From: an uncultured virus (IMG/VR IMGVR_UViG_3300025120_000038)
Lineage: Duplodnaviria > Heunggongvirae > Uroviricota > Caudoviricetes
Virus record (IMG/VR): IMGVR_UViG_3300025120_000038
DNA length: 64,000 bases
Strand: one strand, 5' to 3'
Position numbers and translations under genes: made by a program. How positions within the stretch are numbered: the stretch's first letter is position 1; each line of letters starts with the position of its first letter. This document shows, piece after piece, positions 54,011 through 63,191 of the stretch. The notes beneath the pieces were generated by a model that was given only the letters and a program-made list of their open reading frames with translations, was not told the origin of the DNA and ran no database searches.

Positions 54011-55606
54011 TTAAGCTTTAAATAATACGAAATTATTAGCAGCTTGTGTGATAAGACATCTTTCACTTAAGTAATTGATGTTCATCTCATCGATATCAGA
54101 AGTAGGTGAACCAGTTCCAACAGATCCTGTAATCCAAGACTTGTTTTTTCTGTTTTCCGTTTCTGATGCTCTATACCTAATGTGCAAGAATGGTCTTTTA
54201 ATGTTTTGACCTAATTGTTGGTCATAAACTGTAGAAGTACCAGCAGGTACTAATACACCTTCAACATCTCCAAAACCACCTCTTGTTGACCAATCATTTA
54301 AATATTTCCAGTCAGTTTTATAGAAGTCATAAGAACCTCTTCTGTATCCTGTAAATCCTAAATTAAGGGCCATGTCAGAGCTGTTGTTAAATACACCATA
54401 AGATGTACCATGCGAGTGGTTAGCTGTTCCAGCATAATTACCATTTTGCATTGCAAGAATGTCATCAATTTCTAAAGATAGTTCTCTATTTAAGAATAAC
54501 ATATTTTCTTCAATTGCTCCTTGCTTATCTAGTTGTTTAAGAACGTTGTCAAAGTCAGTTAATGCACCACCACCTGCTTGCGCAGCTGCTTGTCCACCAA
54601 ATCCTGAATAAACATTTCCTCTTGCCTCTAGAGCTTCAAAGAAACCTTCAGTACCTCTTGCCCCTTGTGCGGCTAAGCTACCTCCAAAAGTTCCAAGTGT
54701 AATTGCAGCACCACCGGCTACTTTTTTCACACCTTCGACCATTGACATTTCCATGTGGTCTTCCCATCTAAGTCTTACTTCATGCTCAGATTTAATATAC
54801 CATAAATATCCACTTGCTCCATTCTCAGAAGTAACTTCAATCCAACCAATCTGAGCAGTGTCAGATCCATTAATTGAATAGTTTTCTTTTAAGATAATAG
54901 GCGCATTAGTAAACGTAGCATATCCTGGATCTAAGCTTTCAGTAAAGTTTCCAGTACCTTTAGCAAATTCAGACCCATAAGCAATAGCAGTTACTCTATC
55001 TGCAGCACCAATAGCGCCGTGAGGAGCATATGCTTGAATTTGGAACATTTGTCCACCTGTAGTTGCACCAGCACCTGCACCAACGTTAGTACAAACTCCT
55101 TTTATTACAGCACCAGTTCCACCAACAGCAGAAGTTGCAGTTGTTTGAATCTGAACCATTACAGTTTGGCCGATTTTAAAGTTTACTTGTGATGTTTGTG
55201 TAGCAGGACTAACCCCTAAACTTGAGGGTTGTGCAGCGGGTACTTCAAAATTAAGTACCGCACCAGATGCAGCGCCAGCTCCAATAGCTGCTTGTCCACC
55301 TCCAGCGGCAGGCATTACGCCCGCGTTACCTCTTGGTATTACGTTTGCGTATCTAGTATGTAATCTTCCTTGCTCAGTCCAGATAATTTGATCTGAAGTG
55401 GAAGGCATCTCAGCAGAAACCATACGAAGGAAAGAACCAATAGATCTGTTTCCATATCTTTCGACTTCTTTTTCGTATACGTCTGGTAAAAATTGTTGTG
55501 TCCATTGATCAAAAGCCGCAGCTGTGAAATCAATGTAGTTCCCAGAGTAAAGTGTTTTAGTCTGGGTTGGTTGTAAAGCGGCGGGTACGCCAGCAGTAAA
55601 AGCCAT
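54011..55606 (-). CDS. Major capsid protein
   Basis: 531 aa after portal and scaffold; high-expression codon style; WTEQGRLH, FTNAPIILK...INGSD. Confidence 0.85.
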   Translation of the reverse strand: MAFTAGVPAALQPTQTKTLYSGNYIDFTAAAFDQWTQQFLPDVYEKEVERYGNRSIGSFLRMVSAEMPSTSDQIIWTEQGRLHTRYANVIPRGNAGVMPAAGGGQAAIGAGAASGAVLNFEVPAAQPSSLGVSPATQTSQVNFKIGQTVMVQIQTTATSAVGGTGAVIKGVCTNVGAGAGATTGGQMFQIQAYAPHGAIGAADRVTAIAYGSEFAKGTGNFTESLDPGYATFTNAPIILKENYSINGSDTAQIGWIEVTSENGASGYLWYIKSEHEVRLRWEDHMEMSMVEGVKKVAGGAAITLGTFGGSLAAQGARGTEGFFEALEARGNVYSGFGGQAAAQAGGGALTDFDNVLKQLDKQGAIEENMLFLNRELSLEIDDILAMQNGNYAGTANHSHGTSYGVFNNSSDMALNLGFTGYRRGSYDFYKTDWKYLNDWSTRGGFGDVEGVLVPAGTSTVYDQQLGQNIKRPFLHIRYRASETENRKNKSWITGSVGTGSPTSDIDEMNINYLSERCLITQAANNFVLFKA

Positions 55607-55626
55607 AGTGTTTTGATTTTAAGTTG

Positions 55627-56949
55627 TTATTTATTCCATTTAATGCGCAACTTGTCGGAAGAATTCCCAGATACTACTCTAATCGTATCACCTGAATTTG
55701 TAGTTACAGATGAACCATCAGCTCTTGGATCCATATTAATATTTTTAGCTTTCTTTGCGGATTGTTTTATAGCGTCGGCACGGCCTTGCTCATAAAAGTG
55801 ATTCGCAATTTTATCTGCATTCTGTGCAGTAAATAAAGCTTTATGATATTTATTTAAATCTGTTAAGTTACCTTTGTTATCAGAGTATTGATTTAAAAAA
55901 TTATTAATATCTGATTGAAACTCTTTTGTTTTTTTAGGATTTTCTATTTTAAATCTATATTTGTTTTCTCCAACCTTAAAATCAAAACCTTTGAAATCAT
56001 TGTTAAAAACATCGTTAGTTTTATTTAAAAAATTTTCCTTTAATTTAGTTTCTTCTTTCGATAATTGCTGTTGATTATTATAATACTCTAAAGCTTTTGC
56101 GTATTTTGGATCAATATCTTTTTCTTTTCTTAACTTAAGATCAGTATAATATTGGTCTTTTACTTTTTTAAAAGTTTTTTGAGCATTAAATAATTCTTCT
56201 TTAAAAGCTAATTGCTTAGCTTTAATATCGGACGGATCGTCCAATTCTTTATCGTAAGCAAAGTTTTTATCCATTAAAAAAGTAATATCTTCTTTGTCTA
56301 GATGAGGTTTAGTAAATTCATAATATTCTTTTAATAAAGTAATATTATCAATTTTGTCTAAGTCTCTATTAAGTTTTGCATAGTCTTCTACAGTTCCCCC
56401 TGTGTCTTCTATAAACTTAATTAATTTACCTACGTCTTCAGGTAGCTCTTGTGTTTTTGCTTCCTGTAATATTTTTTCAGGTTCCGGTGCGGGCTCGGCA
56501 CTTTTAGTGCTTGGTTCCACTCCCACCTTGTTAGTTGTATCTTCTTCATCATTTACTAATTCTAAAGGAGATTCAGTGGTTTCTTTATTTTCTTCTAAAG
56601 TTATTTCTTGCTTAACTTCTTCAGCGTTTTCGGGGGTTTCCCGTACTTCTGATCCCACGCTTGACAATCCCACTTCGGATCGTTCATCGCGTAACACTTC
56701 CTCCTTTGTTTCTGGCTCTTGAACGGCATCTGTTTTTTCTTGTTTAAGTTCTTCTGTTTTTTGTTCTTTAACAGGGGGTTTGTCTAAATTAACTTTATAG
56801 ACTCCATCTTCTTGGAGTCCATACTCTTTAGCAACCTCGCCTTTTTCAACTGCCTGTTCTAAAACTGCAGCTTCTTTTTCTTGAGGTGATTTAGGAGTTT
56901 CAGTATCAACTGATCTTACTTCCACTTTTTCTTCAACTTGGTTTTCCAT
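55627..56949 (-). CDS. Capsid scaffolding protein (putative)
   Basis: Acidic N-half, helical C-half, directly upstream of the MCP. Confidence 0.7.
   Translation of the reverse strand: MENQVEEKVEVRSVDTETPKSPQEKEAAVLEQAVEKGEVAKEYGLQEDGVYKVNLDKPPVKEQKTEELKQEKTDAVQEPETKEEVLRDERSEVGLSSVGSEVRETPENAEEVKQEITLEENKETTESPLELVNDEEDTTNKVGVEPSTKSAEPAPEPEKILQEAKTQELPEDVGKLIKFIEDTGGTVEDYAKLNRDLDKIDNITLLKEYYEFTKPHLDKEDITFLMDKNFAYDKELDDPSDIKAKQLAFKEELFNAQKTFKKVKDQYYTDLKLRKEKDIDPKYAKALEYYNNQQQLSKEETKLKENFLNKTNDVFNNDFKGFDFKVGENKYRFKIENPKKTKEFQSDINNFLNQYSDNKGNLTDLNKYHKALFTAQNADKIANHFYEQGRADAIKQSAKKAKNINMDPRADGSSVTTNSGDTIRVVSGNSSDKLRIKWNK
56430..56552 (-). CDS. Nested +1-frame small basic protein in the scaffold gene
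   Basis: MMKKIQLTRWEWNQALKVPSPHRNLKKYYRKQKHKSYLKT; coincides with a GC-rich patch. Confidence 0.65.
   Translation of the reverse strand: MMKKIQLTRWEWNQALKVPSPHRNLKKYYRKQKHKSYLKT
56601..56729 (-). CDS. Nested +1-frame MPFKS-type small basic protein in the scaffold gene
   Basis: MPFKSQKQRRKCYAMNDPKWDCQAWDQKYGKPPKTLKKLSKK; coincides with a GC-rich patch. Confidence 0.7.
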   Translation of the reverse strand: MPFKSQKQRRKCYAMNDPKWDCQAWDQKYGKPPKTLKKLSKK

Positions 56950-56980
56950 AATTTTATATAATATAATAGTTGTTTAATAT

Positions 56981-59425
56981 TTATGATGATTCGAATCTGC
57001 CCATGTCAAATCCACCTAAAGTATCATTACCTTTAGATTCAAAATCTTTTACAGGTTTATCTGTATTAGGTGCTCCACTTATTTTCCCTGAAGGTACTTT
57101 AGTTTCTTCCCTGATTTCTTCTCGCTGGAGCATTGATGCGTTATTAGTTTGTGCTAACTCCATTCTAGATTTTAACTCTAGTTCTTTTAATTGTACATTT
57201 AAATTAAATTCGTATTGCATGAGCTCTTTTTTAGCTCTAGTTTCTAATTCCATCTTCTTTATTTCCATTTCATTTTCCGCTGTGGATAATTGAATTTTAG
57301 AAGTTGTTTTTATTTGTTCAGCATCAGCTTTTGCAGATTCCATTGCAATTTGTGCTTCTCCTTGTGCCTTAGCTTGGGCTGCACTTGCTGCCTGTGCCTG
57401 CGCTTGATCTGATTGTTGTTTAGCTAATCTTCTAAATTTAAGTAATTGATTAGCTAGTTTTATATTTTTAACTTCTCTAATATCAATCGCATCTTCTAAA
57501 AATATATTTTCTTTTGATAAAGCCATTTGTATATTACTTTCTAATATAGCTTTTTCATCTGCATCAGGTTCAAGTTCTAAAAATATACCAAAATCATGCA
57601 AATTAAGATTTTTAACTTCCTCTAATGACCCTACTGAAAATTGTCCTAGTGCATCTATCAGAGCTTCTTTAGTTGGATGAAATTCTAACACATCTTTAAA
57701 CCTTAAAGAAATAGCTTCAGCTAAACTAGTAGTAATAAACATACTACTATATAATATATGTCTTGTAGCAACATTACTATTTGCAGCTGCTAATTTTTGC
57801 ACACCCACTAATGAATTTGGATCAGGATCAGAACCATCTCTAGCTTCATTTAGTCCAGTTACATCTCTAATCATTTGAATATATTGATTGTATGCACCAA
57901 CTAATACTTGTATTTGTTGACCACCACTTCCTGGTAATTCAGTAATTGGGACTTTACCTGGATTAGGATCTCCTTCTACATTTAGCGATCTACCTATAAT
58001 AGATCCCGTCTGGAAGTACATATTTAATGCTTCTTGAGGGTTATAATTATTTCCGTTACCTAAATCTATTTCAGCTAAGCCATCAGCATCTAAATAAACA
58101 CCTGAGGGTGTCATTCTTTGTATAGCTTGTTGTAATTTTAAATGTGTTAATTGAATTAGATCTGCATAAGGAGTCATTTTAGCAACAAGAGAATTAATAC
58201 TCCCTTTATATATTCTTGGAGCGCTTGCAATATAATTCATCATTACTTTATTTATATTTGCGCTAGGCCTAACCATGTTATCAGCTTTTTTCCACTTTAA
58301 TAATTCCTGTGTACCTAAAACTAATACTCCCTCATATACAACTTCTCTCGTTTGTTTTACTTTTTCAAATCTTGTATTTTCATCTACAGGTGGATCAAAA
58401 GTGTCGTCTTTTTCAATTGCTTTTTTAGCACCTGTTGATACTTCTTTTATTTTATATACGTCATGTTCCCATGTTTTCCAATTAAAATATAACAACGTAA
58501 CCGTATTGTTTTGGGATAATGAATCATTTAAATAATAATCTTGAGGATTATAAGTATTATATACATTCCAATTAGAACCTTTTTTAGTCATAGATTCTAT
58601 TTGTTCATTTGTTAAATTAGGGAATTCTTTTTTTAACTCGTTAATATTTATATTTTTAACTTCTCCAAAATAATAACAATCTGTAAAATTAGGGTCTTCT
58701 GTATAGGACCATACTAAGTTAGCAGGATCAACATATTCTACGGTTACACCATCAGTATTATTAAACCCATGCTTAGCACACCCAATACCAATTGTAGCTA
58801 AGTCGTAATCAATACGCTTTTTAGCGTCGTCGTATTTATTACATTTAAAAATATTTTCAATTGCTTGTTCTTCCGCTTGTTCTATACCTTGCTTGTAATT
58901 AAGTTGCATATATAATTCAAGCTCTTCTGTGTTTGCTGGCAAATCATTAACAGCAAAATTTCTAGCTGAAACTCCTAACTTTTTTTCAATATTTAAAAGC
59001 AAATCTGCTGTGTTTAAATCTTGCTGAACATCATTAACAAACTTAGTTCTTTTACCTGTTGATATGTTATCTTGACCAACAGCTTTTATTGTAAAAGTTC
59101 TATCTTGCATTCCGTTTACTACAATATCAATAAATTTTGGTATTATAGGTACAGGTTTCCAGTCTAAATTTAAATAAGATAAATCACCATTAATTGCAAA
59201 TTCATCTTTATATTTACGAATAGATTGTTCTCCCCTTGCATATAATCTTAATCGGTGACATTCTTGACGAGAATTATAAAACTTTCCGACACCATTATTG
59301 TCTTTGTTAAACCACTCTTGCTCAATTGCTTTAGCTACAGATAATCCATATTCTACTGTGATTTTAATGGAATCTGAAACTGCCTGTGTAGGAAAGGCGT
59401 AACTTTGCATTTTATTTTTTGCCAT
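56981..59425 (-). CDS. Portal protein
   Basis: 814 aa directly after TerL; PIIPKFIDIVV, IRDVTGLNEARDG, C-terminal coiled coil. Confidence 0.85.
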   Translation of the reverse strand: MAKNKMQSYAFPTQAVSDSIKITVEYGLSVAKAIEQEWFNKDNNGVGKFYNSRQECHRLRLYARGEQSIRKYKDEFAINGDLSYLNLDWKPVPIIPKFIDIVVNGMQDRTFTIKAVGQDNISTGKRTKFVNDVQQDLNTADLLLNIEKKLGVSARNFAVNDLPANTEELELYMQLNYKQGIEQAEEQAIENIFKCNKYDDAKKRIDYDLATIGIGCAKHGFNNTDGVTVEYVDPANLVWSYTEDPNFTDCYYFGEVKNININELKKEFPNLTNEQIESMTKKGSNWNVYNTYNPQDYYLNDSLSQNNTVTLLYFNWKTWEHDVYKIKEVSTGAKKAIEKDDTFDPPVDENTRFEKVKQTREVVYEGVLVLGTQELLKWKKADNMVRPSANINKVMMNYIASAPRIYKGSINSLVAKMTPYADLIQLTHLKLQQAIQRMTPSGVYLDADGLAEIDLGNGNNYNPQEALNMYFQTGSIIGRSLNVEGDPNPGKVPITELPGSGGQQIQVLVGAYNQYIQMIRDVTGLNEARDGSDPDPNSLVGVQKLAAANSNVATRHILYSSMFITTSLAEAISLRFKDVLEFHPTKEALIDALGQFSVGSLEEVKNLNLHDFGIFLELEPDADEKAILESNIQMALSKENIFLEDAIDIREVKNIKLANQLLKFRRLAKQQSDQAQAQAASAAQAKAQGEAQIAMESAKADAEQIKTTSKIQLSTAENEMEIKKMELETRAKKELMQYEFNLNVQLKELELKSRMELAQTNNASMLQREEIREETKVPSGKISGAPNTDKPVKDFESKGNDTLGGFDMGRFESS

Positions 59426-59427
59426 AT

Positions 59428-61662
59428 TTATTTTATTATCTCACTTCTTGATCCTTCGTTTCTATATTTTGATAGTTGAAAAGGAACTTTTGTAACTGTT
59501 TTTTCCGCTCTAGGACGGTATAAATGTTTTCGACAAGCCATTATAGCTAGGCCGCTGCTTATTGAAGCATCATGGGCTGTTCTACGAGATATATCAAAAC
59601 GTGCCCAATCTTCAAGGGTTCTTTGGAAAAACATGTTTCCATTGTTTTCACCAATTTTACCCACATATTCTTCAATATAAGATTCAATAGCAGAGGCATG
59701 GGCTTGCTTAATGTCTTCTGAAGAGTTAGGTATACCTCCTAATTCTAATTCTGTTTTAGATAAGTTACCAACTAATTTATCAGGTCTATTCATAGAATAA
59801 CCTCTATACCCTCTTCTTTTAAAATGATATAGTAATCTTGGTTTGTTATTTTCCGCTAATAAAGGCATTCCATAAAATATACAAGCCATTAATACATCTT
59901 CAAAAAATATTTCAGCTGTTTGTGGCCTTGCTATATATTCTAAAAAAAACTTACTATTTGGTACATCACTAACCATTGAAAATGTAGTTAACCCGTGTAA
60001 AGAACCATTTGATCCTCTACCACCTACTGTACCTGATATATCGTAAGGATCACAGCCAAATGCACCCAACCCGTTATTAGCCGGATATTTTAATGTGTTT
60101 TTTATAACAATACTATTTTGCATAAGTGTTGGAGGAATCCACGATATTCTAAATCTACCATTAGCATTAGGTGTCCATATAACTTTTGTATCTTTAATGC
60201 CGTTTGCCCATCCAAAAGAGCCTTTTGATATATGCCCTTTCATTACCATTTCTTCATTAAAATCTATTTGCTCATAAATTTTAGTTAAGTTAAATAATGA
60301 ATTTAAAGTTTCATCTCTGAAAGCGTGTTTTTCAGATCTTGGAAATTGTCTATAATATTCATTTAAAGCATCAGAATCTTTTTTTAATCCTTCAACTTCA
60401 TTTTCCCAGTGTTCAATGACCCCCGTATAGATGAGTTCACCATCAATTCCCTCAGCCGGTTTTGGTGGTGTATCGAATACAGGGTACCCATACTTATCGA
60501 TAAATCCTTCGAAGCCCCATTCCATAGGAAGGAACAAAGCATATAATCCACTTGTAGTCTGGCCATTGCGATTTCTATTTTCGACATTTGAATTATTATA
60601 TAATTTTTTAAAGTTATCTCCTCCTTTTGCTAATGCATTAGAAGTAGATCCCATCATACATTTGCCTACTATTTTTGAACCGAGCCTGAGACACGTTTTT
60701 GTGACCCTCCAGTTGTTGAGGATGTTGTCGGGCCTTTCCCATTTGCCCGATTCATCATGGACGAGGAGTTGTAACTTTTCCCCATCATATGAATTGTCCC
60801 CGGTATTCTTCCAGTCGATTGTTGTATCGAGCCCCTTTGCCATTCCTTCATCTTCCGTTTGTGTTTCTCGAATGGAATTTCTGGTAAGTCTTCTTGAGGG
60901 TATCTTATAGGAGAGCTCGGTTTTGGGGCGCTCCATACCGTCTTGAATTGGCTTGAAGAAGAATGGGTAGTTGATGGAGATTGGTACCACCTTGTCTGTA
61001 AACATCTTCTTCGCATCTGCTCCAGTCTTTGATAATATCCCAAACCTAGAGTCTTTTGAAGTTGTAGCCTGGTTGACGCACTCGGATGATGCCATAAAAC
61101 TAAATCCAGACCTCCTGTTTTTAAGGTAGCACATTCCATAAGACCTGGAATCTGCCTTGCAAGCCTCCCAGAAGTAGTAAAATATTCTATTTGCTTGTCT
61201 AAAGTCGGGTGACCCCACGTCGATCTTAGTCCAGTTGAGGTATATATAGTGTGATCCTGTAATGTAACACGGGGTACCGTTGCACATGAACCAGTAACCA
61301 TCATTACGATAATTAAATTCATCGTCAATGTATTGGTAATATTCCTCTTTATTTTTTTCTGGATGCTTAGTGAAATCATATATGCTTTTTATTTTGTTTA
61401 GTGAATTAGGCTTTAATCTTTTTTTAAAATATTGATTTTCTTTTTTAAGGTCTTGACCTTCAATTATTTGAGGAATTTTAGGTAAACCTACCTTGAGACC
61501 TTGAATTTCATATATTTCTCCTAATGTACCATCTTTACTTATAATAACACAATCTAATTCTTTATTGTAACCATATTTAAATTTTTTATGCTTATTAAAG
61601 TTTTTAACTGATCTATCATTAAGATGCTCATCGTATATATGATATAAATTTTGTTTATACAT
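59428..61662 (-). CDS. terL: Terminase large subunit
   Basis: Walker A-like KNRRSGFS, Walker B LLVHDESGK, motif III GST, nuclease FGCDPY and ENN. Confidence 0.9.
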   Translation of the reverse strand: MYKQNLYHIYDEHLNDRSVKNFNKHKKFKYGYNKELDCVIISKDGTLGEIYEIQGLKVGLPKIPQIIEGQDLKKENQYFKKRLKPNSLNKIKSIYDFTKHPEKNKEEYYQYIDDEFNYRNDGYWFMCNGTPCYITGSHYIYLNWTKIDVGSPDFRQANRIFYYFWEACKADSRSYGMCYLKNRRSGFSFMASSECVNQATTSKDSRFGILSKTGADAKKMFTDKVVPISINYPFFFKPIQDGMERPKTELSYKIPSRRLTRNSIRETQTEDEGMAKGLDTTIDWKNTGDNSYDGEKLQLLVHDESGKWERPDNILNNWRVTKTCLRLGSKIVGKCMMGSTSNALAKGGDNFKKLYNNSNVENRNRNGQTTSGLYALFLPMEWGFEGFIDKYGYPVFDTPPKPAEGIDGELIYTGVIEHWENEVEGLKKDSDALNEYYRQFPRSEKHAFRDETLNSLFNLTKIYEQIDFNEEMVMKGHISKGSFGWANGIKDTKVIWTPNANGRFRISWIPPTLMQNSIVIKNTLKYPANNGLGAFGCDPYDISGTVGGRGSNGSLHGLTTFSMVSDVPNSKFFLEYIARPQTAEIFFEDVLMACIFYGMPLLAENNKPRLLYHFKRRGYRGYSMNRPDKLVGNLSKTELELGGIPNSSEDIKQAHASAIESYIEEYVGKIGENNGNMFFQRTLEDWARFDISRRTAHDASISSGLAIMACRKHLYRPRAEKTVTKVPFQLSKYRNEGSRSEIIK
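60669..61379 (-). CDS. Candidate overprinted (+1 frame) lipoprotein inside terL
   Basis: 236 codons open; KKIKR-hydrophobic-TGS/C lipobox; GC-shifted terL codons. Confidence 0.6.
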   Translation of the reverse strand: MISLSIQKKIKRNITNTLTMNLIIVMMVTGSCATVPRVTLQDHTIYTSTGLRSTWGHPTLDKQIEYFTTSGRLARQIPGLMECATLKTGGLDLVLWHHPSASTRLQLQKTLGLGYYQRLEQMRRRCLQTRWYQSPSTTHSSSSQFKTVWSAPKPSSPIRYPQEDLPEIPFEKHKRKMKEWQRGSIQQSTGRIPGTIHMMGKSYNSSSMMNRANGKGPTTSSTTGGSQKRVSGSVQK

Positions 61663-61907
61663 TATTTTATACGATTTTCAACACCTAGAAAAGTTTTCTT
61701 TTCTTTGTTATTATTTTTTTTTTCAGAAAGTTCTTCAATTTTTTCTATTATTTTTAAAGAATCTTCTATAGCAACCCATTTTGCTTGTGCTGCCATCTTA
61801 GCTTTTTCAGGATCAAGTTCAACTAAATCTATAGTTTGTCTAATTACTTTGTCTAATTCAACTAATGCTTTTTCAGCTGCTGAAATTACTCTTTTCCTTC
61901 GGTCCAT
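61662..61907 (-). CDS. Small helical protein upstream of TerL (possible terminase small subunit)
   Basis: 81 aa, TAATG-coupled to terL. Confidence 0.5.
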   Translation of the reverse strand: MDRRKRVISAAEKALVELDKVIRQTIDLVELDPEKAKMAAQAKWVAIEDSLKIIEKIEELSEKKNNNKEKKTFLGVENRIK

Positions 61908-62460
61908 AGTTGATTGTTATTTGATTTGATAAAATACGATATAATTTTTGACCTTCAATATTAAATTCATATTCAGAATTAGGCGTAAACCCCACCACAT
62001 TGCCTTTAGATACTCCTAAACGCGTTAATTCTTCATTTGAGTATATTAGCTCCCCATAAAGATTTATGTCCGTATAAAGGCTCCATTCATCATTTCTAAA
62101 TACTGGCTTTACAAAACAATATCCCGGTAATGCTTTCCATTCATTTTCTTTTTTGTATCCAAATATTTGATCAGATGATACTATAAATTTATTTTCATCT
62201 ATAAAACCGGCGGAATTTCTTTCATTGTTTCCTTGATCAAGCCATTTTCTAAATACATTATGATGTACAATAACTTGATCTCCTTCTTTTATAGTGGTTT
62301 TTTGGTTAGCTGGTGTTTTAATTACCGTGCCAATACGATTTACATAATGATAATCTCTTTCGGTAATTTCTGTATTAACAATTAATTCTTTATTGTTTAT
62401 ATTAATTTTATTGTTATAACGATTTTCAGTAGATATGATATAGTCAAATAATGATTGCAT
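61873..62460 (-). CDS. Tandem GroES-like (double Cpn10 domain) protein
   Basis: GTVIKTP...IKEGDQVIVHH and FVKP...GVSKGNVVGF...EFNIEGQKLYRI. Confidence 0.65.
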   Translation of the reverse strand: MQSLFDYIISTENRYNNKININNKELIVNTEITERDYHYVNRIGTVIKTPANQKTTIKEGDQVIVHHNVFRKWLDQGNNERNSAGFIDENKFIVSSDQIFGYKKENEWKALPGYCFVKPVFRNDEWSLYTDINLYGELIYSNEELTRLGVSKGNVVGFTPNSEYEFNIEGQKLYRILSNQITINYGPKEKSNFSS

Positions 62461-62682
62461 TTAATAGTCGAGATTGTATTCAATTGAGATAGCCATGTTA
62501 GCATTAAAATGCTTCCAGGGTAATATTTCTTTGTTTTTGGTTATAAATATTTTATATGTTCCTTTTTCTTCAATTATGTCTGAAATAGTATGCCCCCCAT
62601 AAACCTCCTGGCCTATTGAGTAATGCATAGCTTCATTTTTATAATCAGTACCAATACTGATTTTCCTTATTGCTTTTGCCAT
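62461..62682 (-). CDS. Conserved hypothetical protein
   Basis: IRKISIGTDYK..AMHY..GQ. Confidence 0.7.
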   Translation of the reverse strand: MAKAIRKISIGTDYKNEAMHYSIGQEVYGGHTISDIIEEKGTYKIFITKNKEILPWKHFNANMAISIEYNLDY

Positions 62683-62692
62683 TTAATTTAAT

Positions 62693-63037
62693 TTAGTATG
62701 TCCATATTGTTACAGGAGGTGCATCGGGATAACCAACACCCACATGTACAAAATTCTTTTTTCTACTTATACCTATTCTTGTAAAACCCACATCTATTGC
62801 AGCTTTAACTAATTTATAAGTTGCCTTTCCCCCTGAACAAGCTATATCAACTGCGGCTCCATATGCATGTTCCCCTGGTTTAGATTTTTTAGCTTCAATA
62901 GGATGATCGGGCGATCTATATGTAGATGTTAATTTAATTGGATAGCCATACGCTTCTCTTAAGTCATCTAACATGCTTAAAAGATTTTCATCCATCATTT
63001 CAAAATTATTAAATTCAGATTCAGTAAAGTATTTCAT
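62693..63037 (-). CDS. Endolysin, peptidase M15 family
   Basis: STYRSPDH...GEHAYGAAVDI...FVHV Zn-binding pattern. Confidence 0.85.
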   Translation of the reverse strand: MKYFTESEFNNFEMMDENLLSMLDDLREAYGYPIKLTSTYRSPDHPIEAKKSKPGEHAYGAAVDIACSGGKATYKLVKAAIDVGFTRIGISRKKNFVHVGVGYPDAPPVTIWTY

Positions 63038-63040
63038 TTT

Positions 63041-63187
63041 TTATTCTTTTGCTTTCTTTATTATCATTAAAACTGTATATACTATTGTAAGTATTAATAC
63101 AATTGTCTGTAATACAGGATTTAAGTTTGGCATAACTGAAACTAAAAGTGCTCCTATATTTAATCCGAATATTTTTAATTCGTCCAT
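63041..63187 (-). CDS. Small 2-TM holin-like protein
   Basis: Likely start MDELKIFGLN; two hydrophobic segments and a basic tail. Confidence 0.6.
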   Translation of the reverse strand: MDELKIFGLNIGALLVSVMPNLNPVLQTIVLILTIVYTVLMIIKKAKE

Positions 63188-63191
63188 TTTT

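Noticed and set aside
55339..55533. +1 ORF (64 aa) in the MCP gene
   Set aside because: Non-ATG start, and the MCP's high-expression codon bias already lowers +1 stop frequency
8411..62695. (AAATT)n runs before start codons at ~8415, ~15485, ~47165 and ~62685 as a repeat family
   Set aside because: Best explained as A/U-rich translation-initiation leaders typical of SD-less hosts
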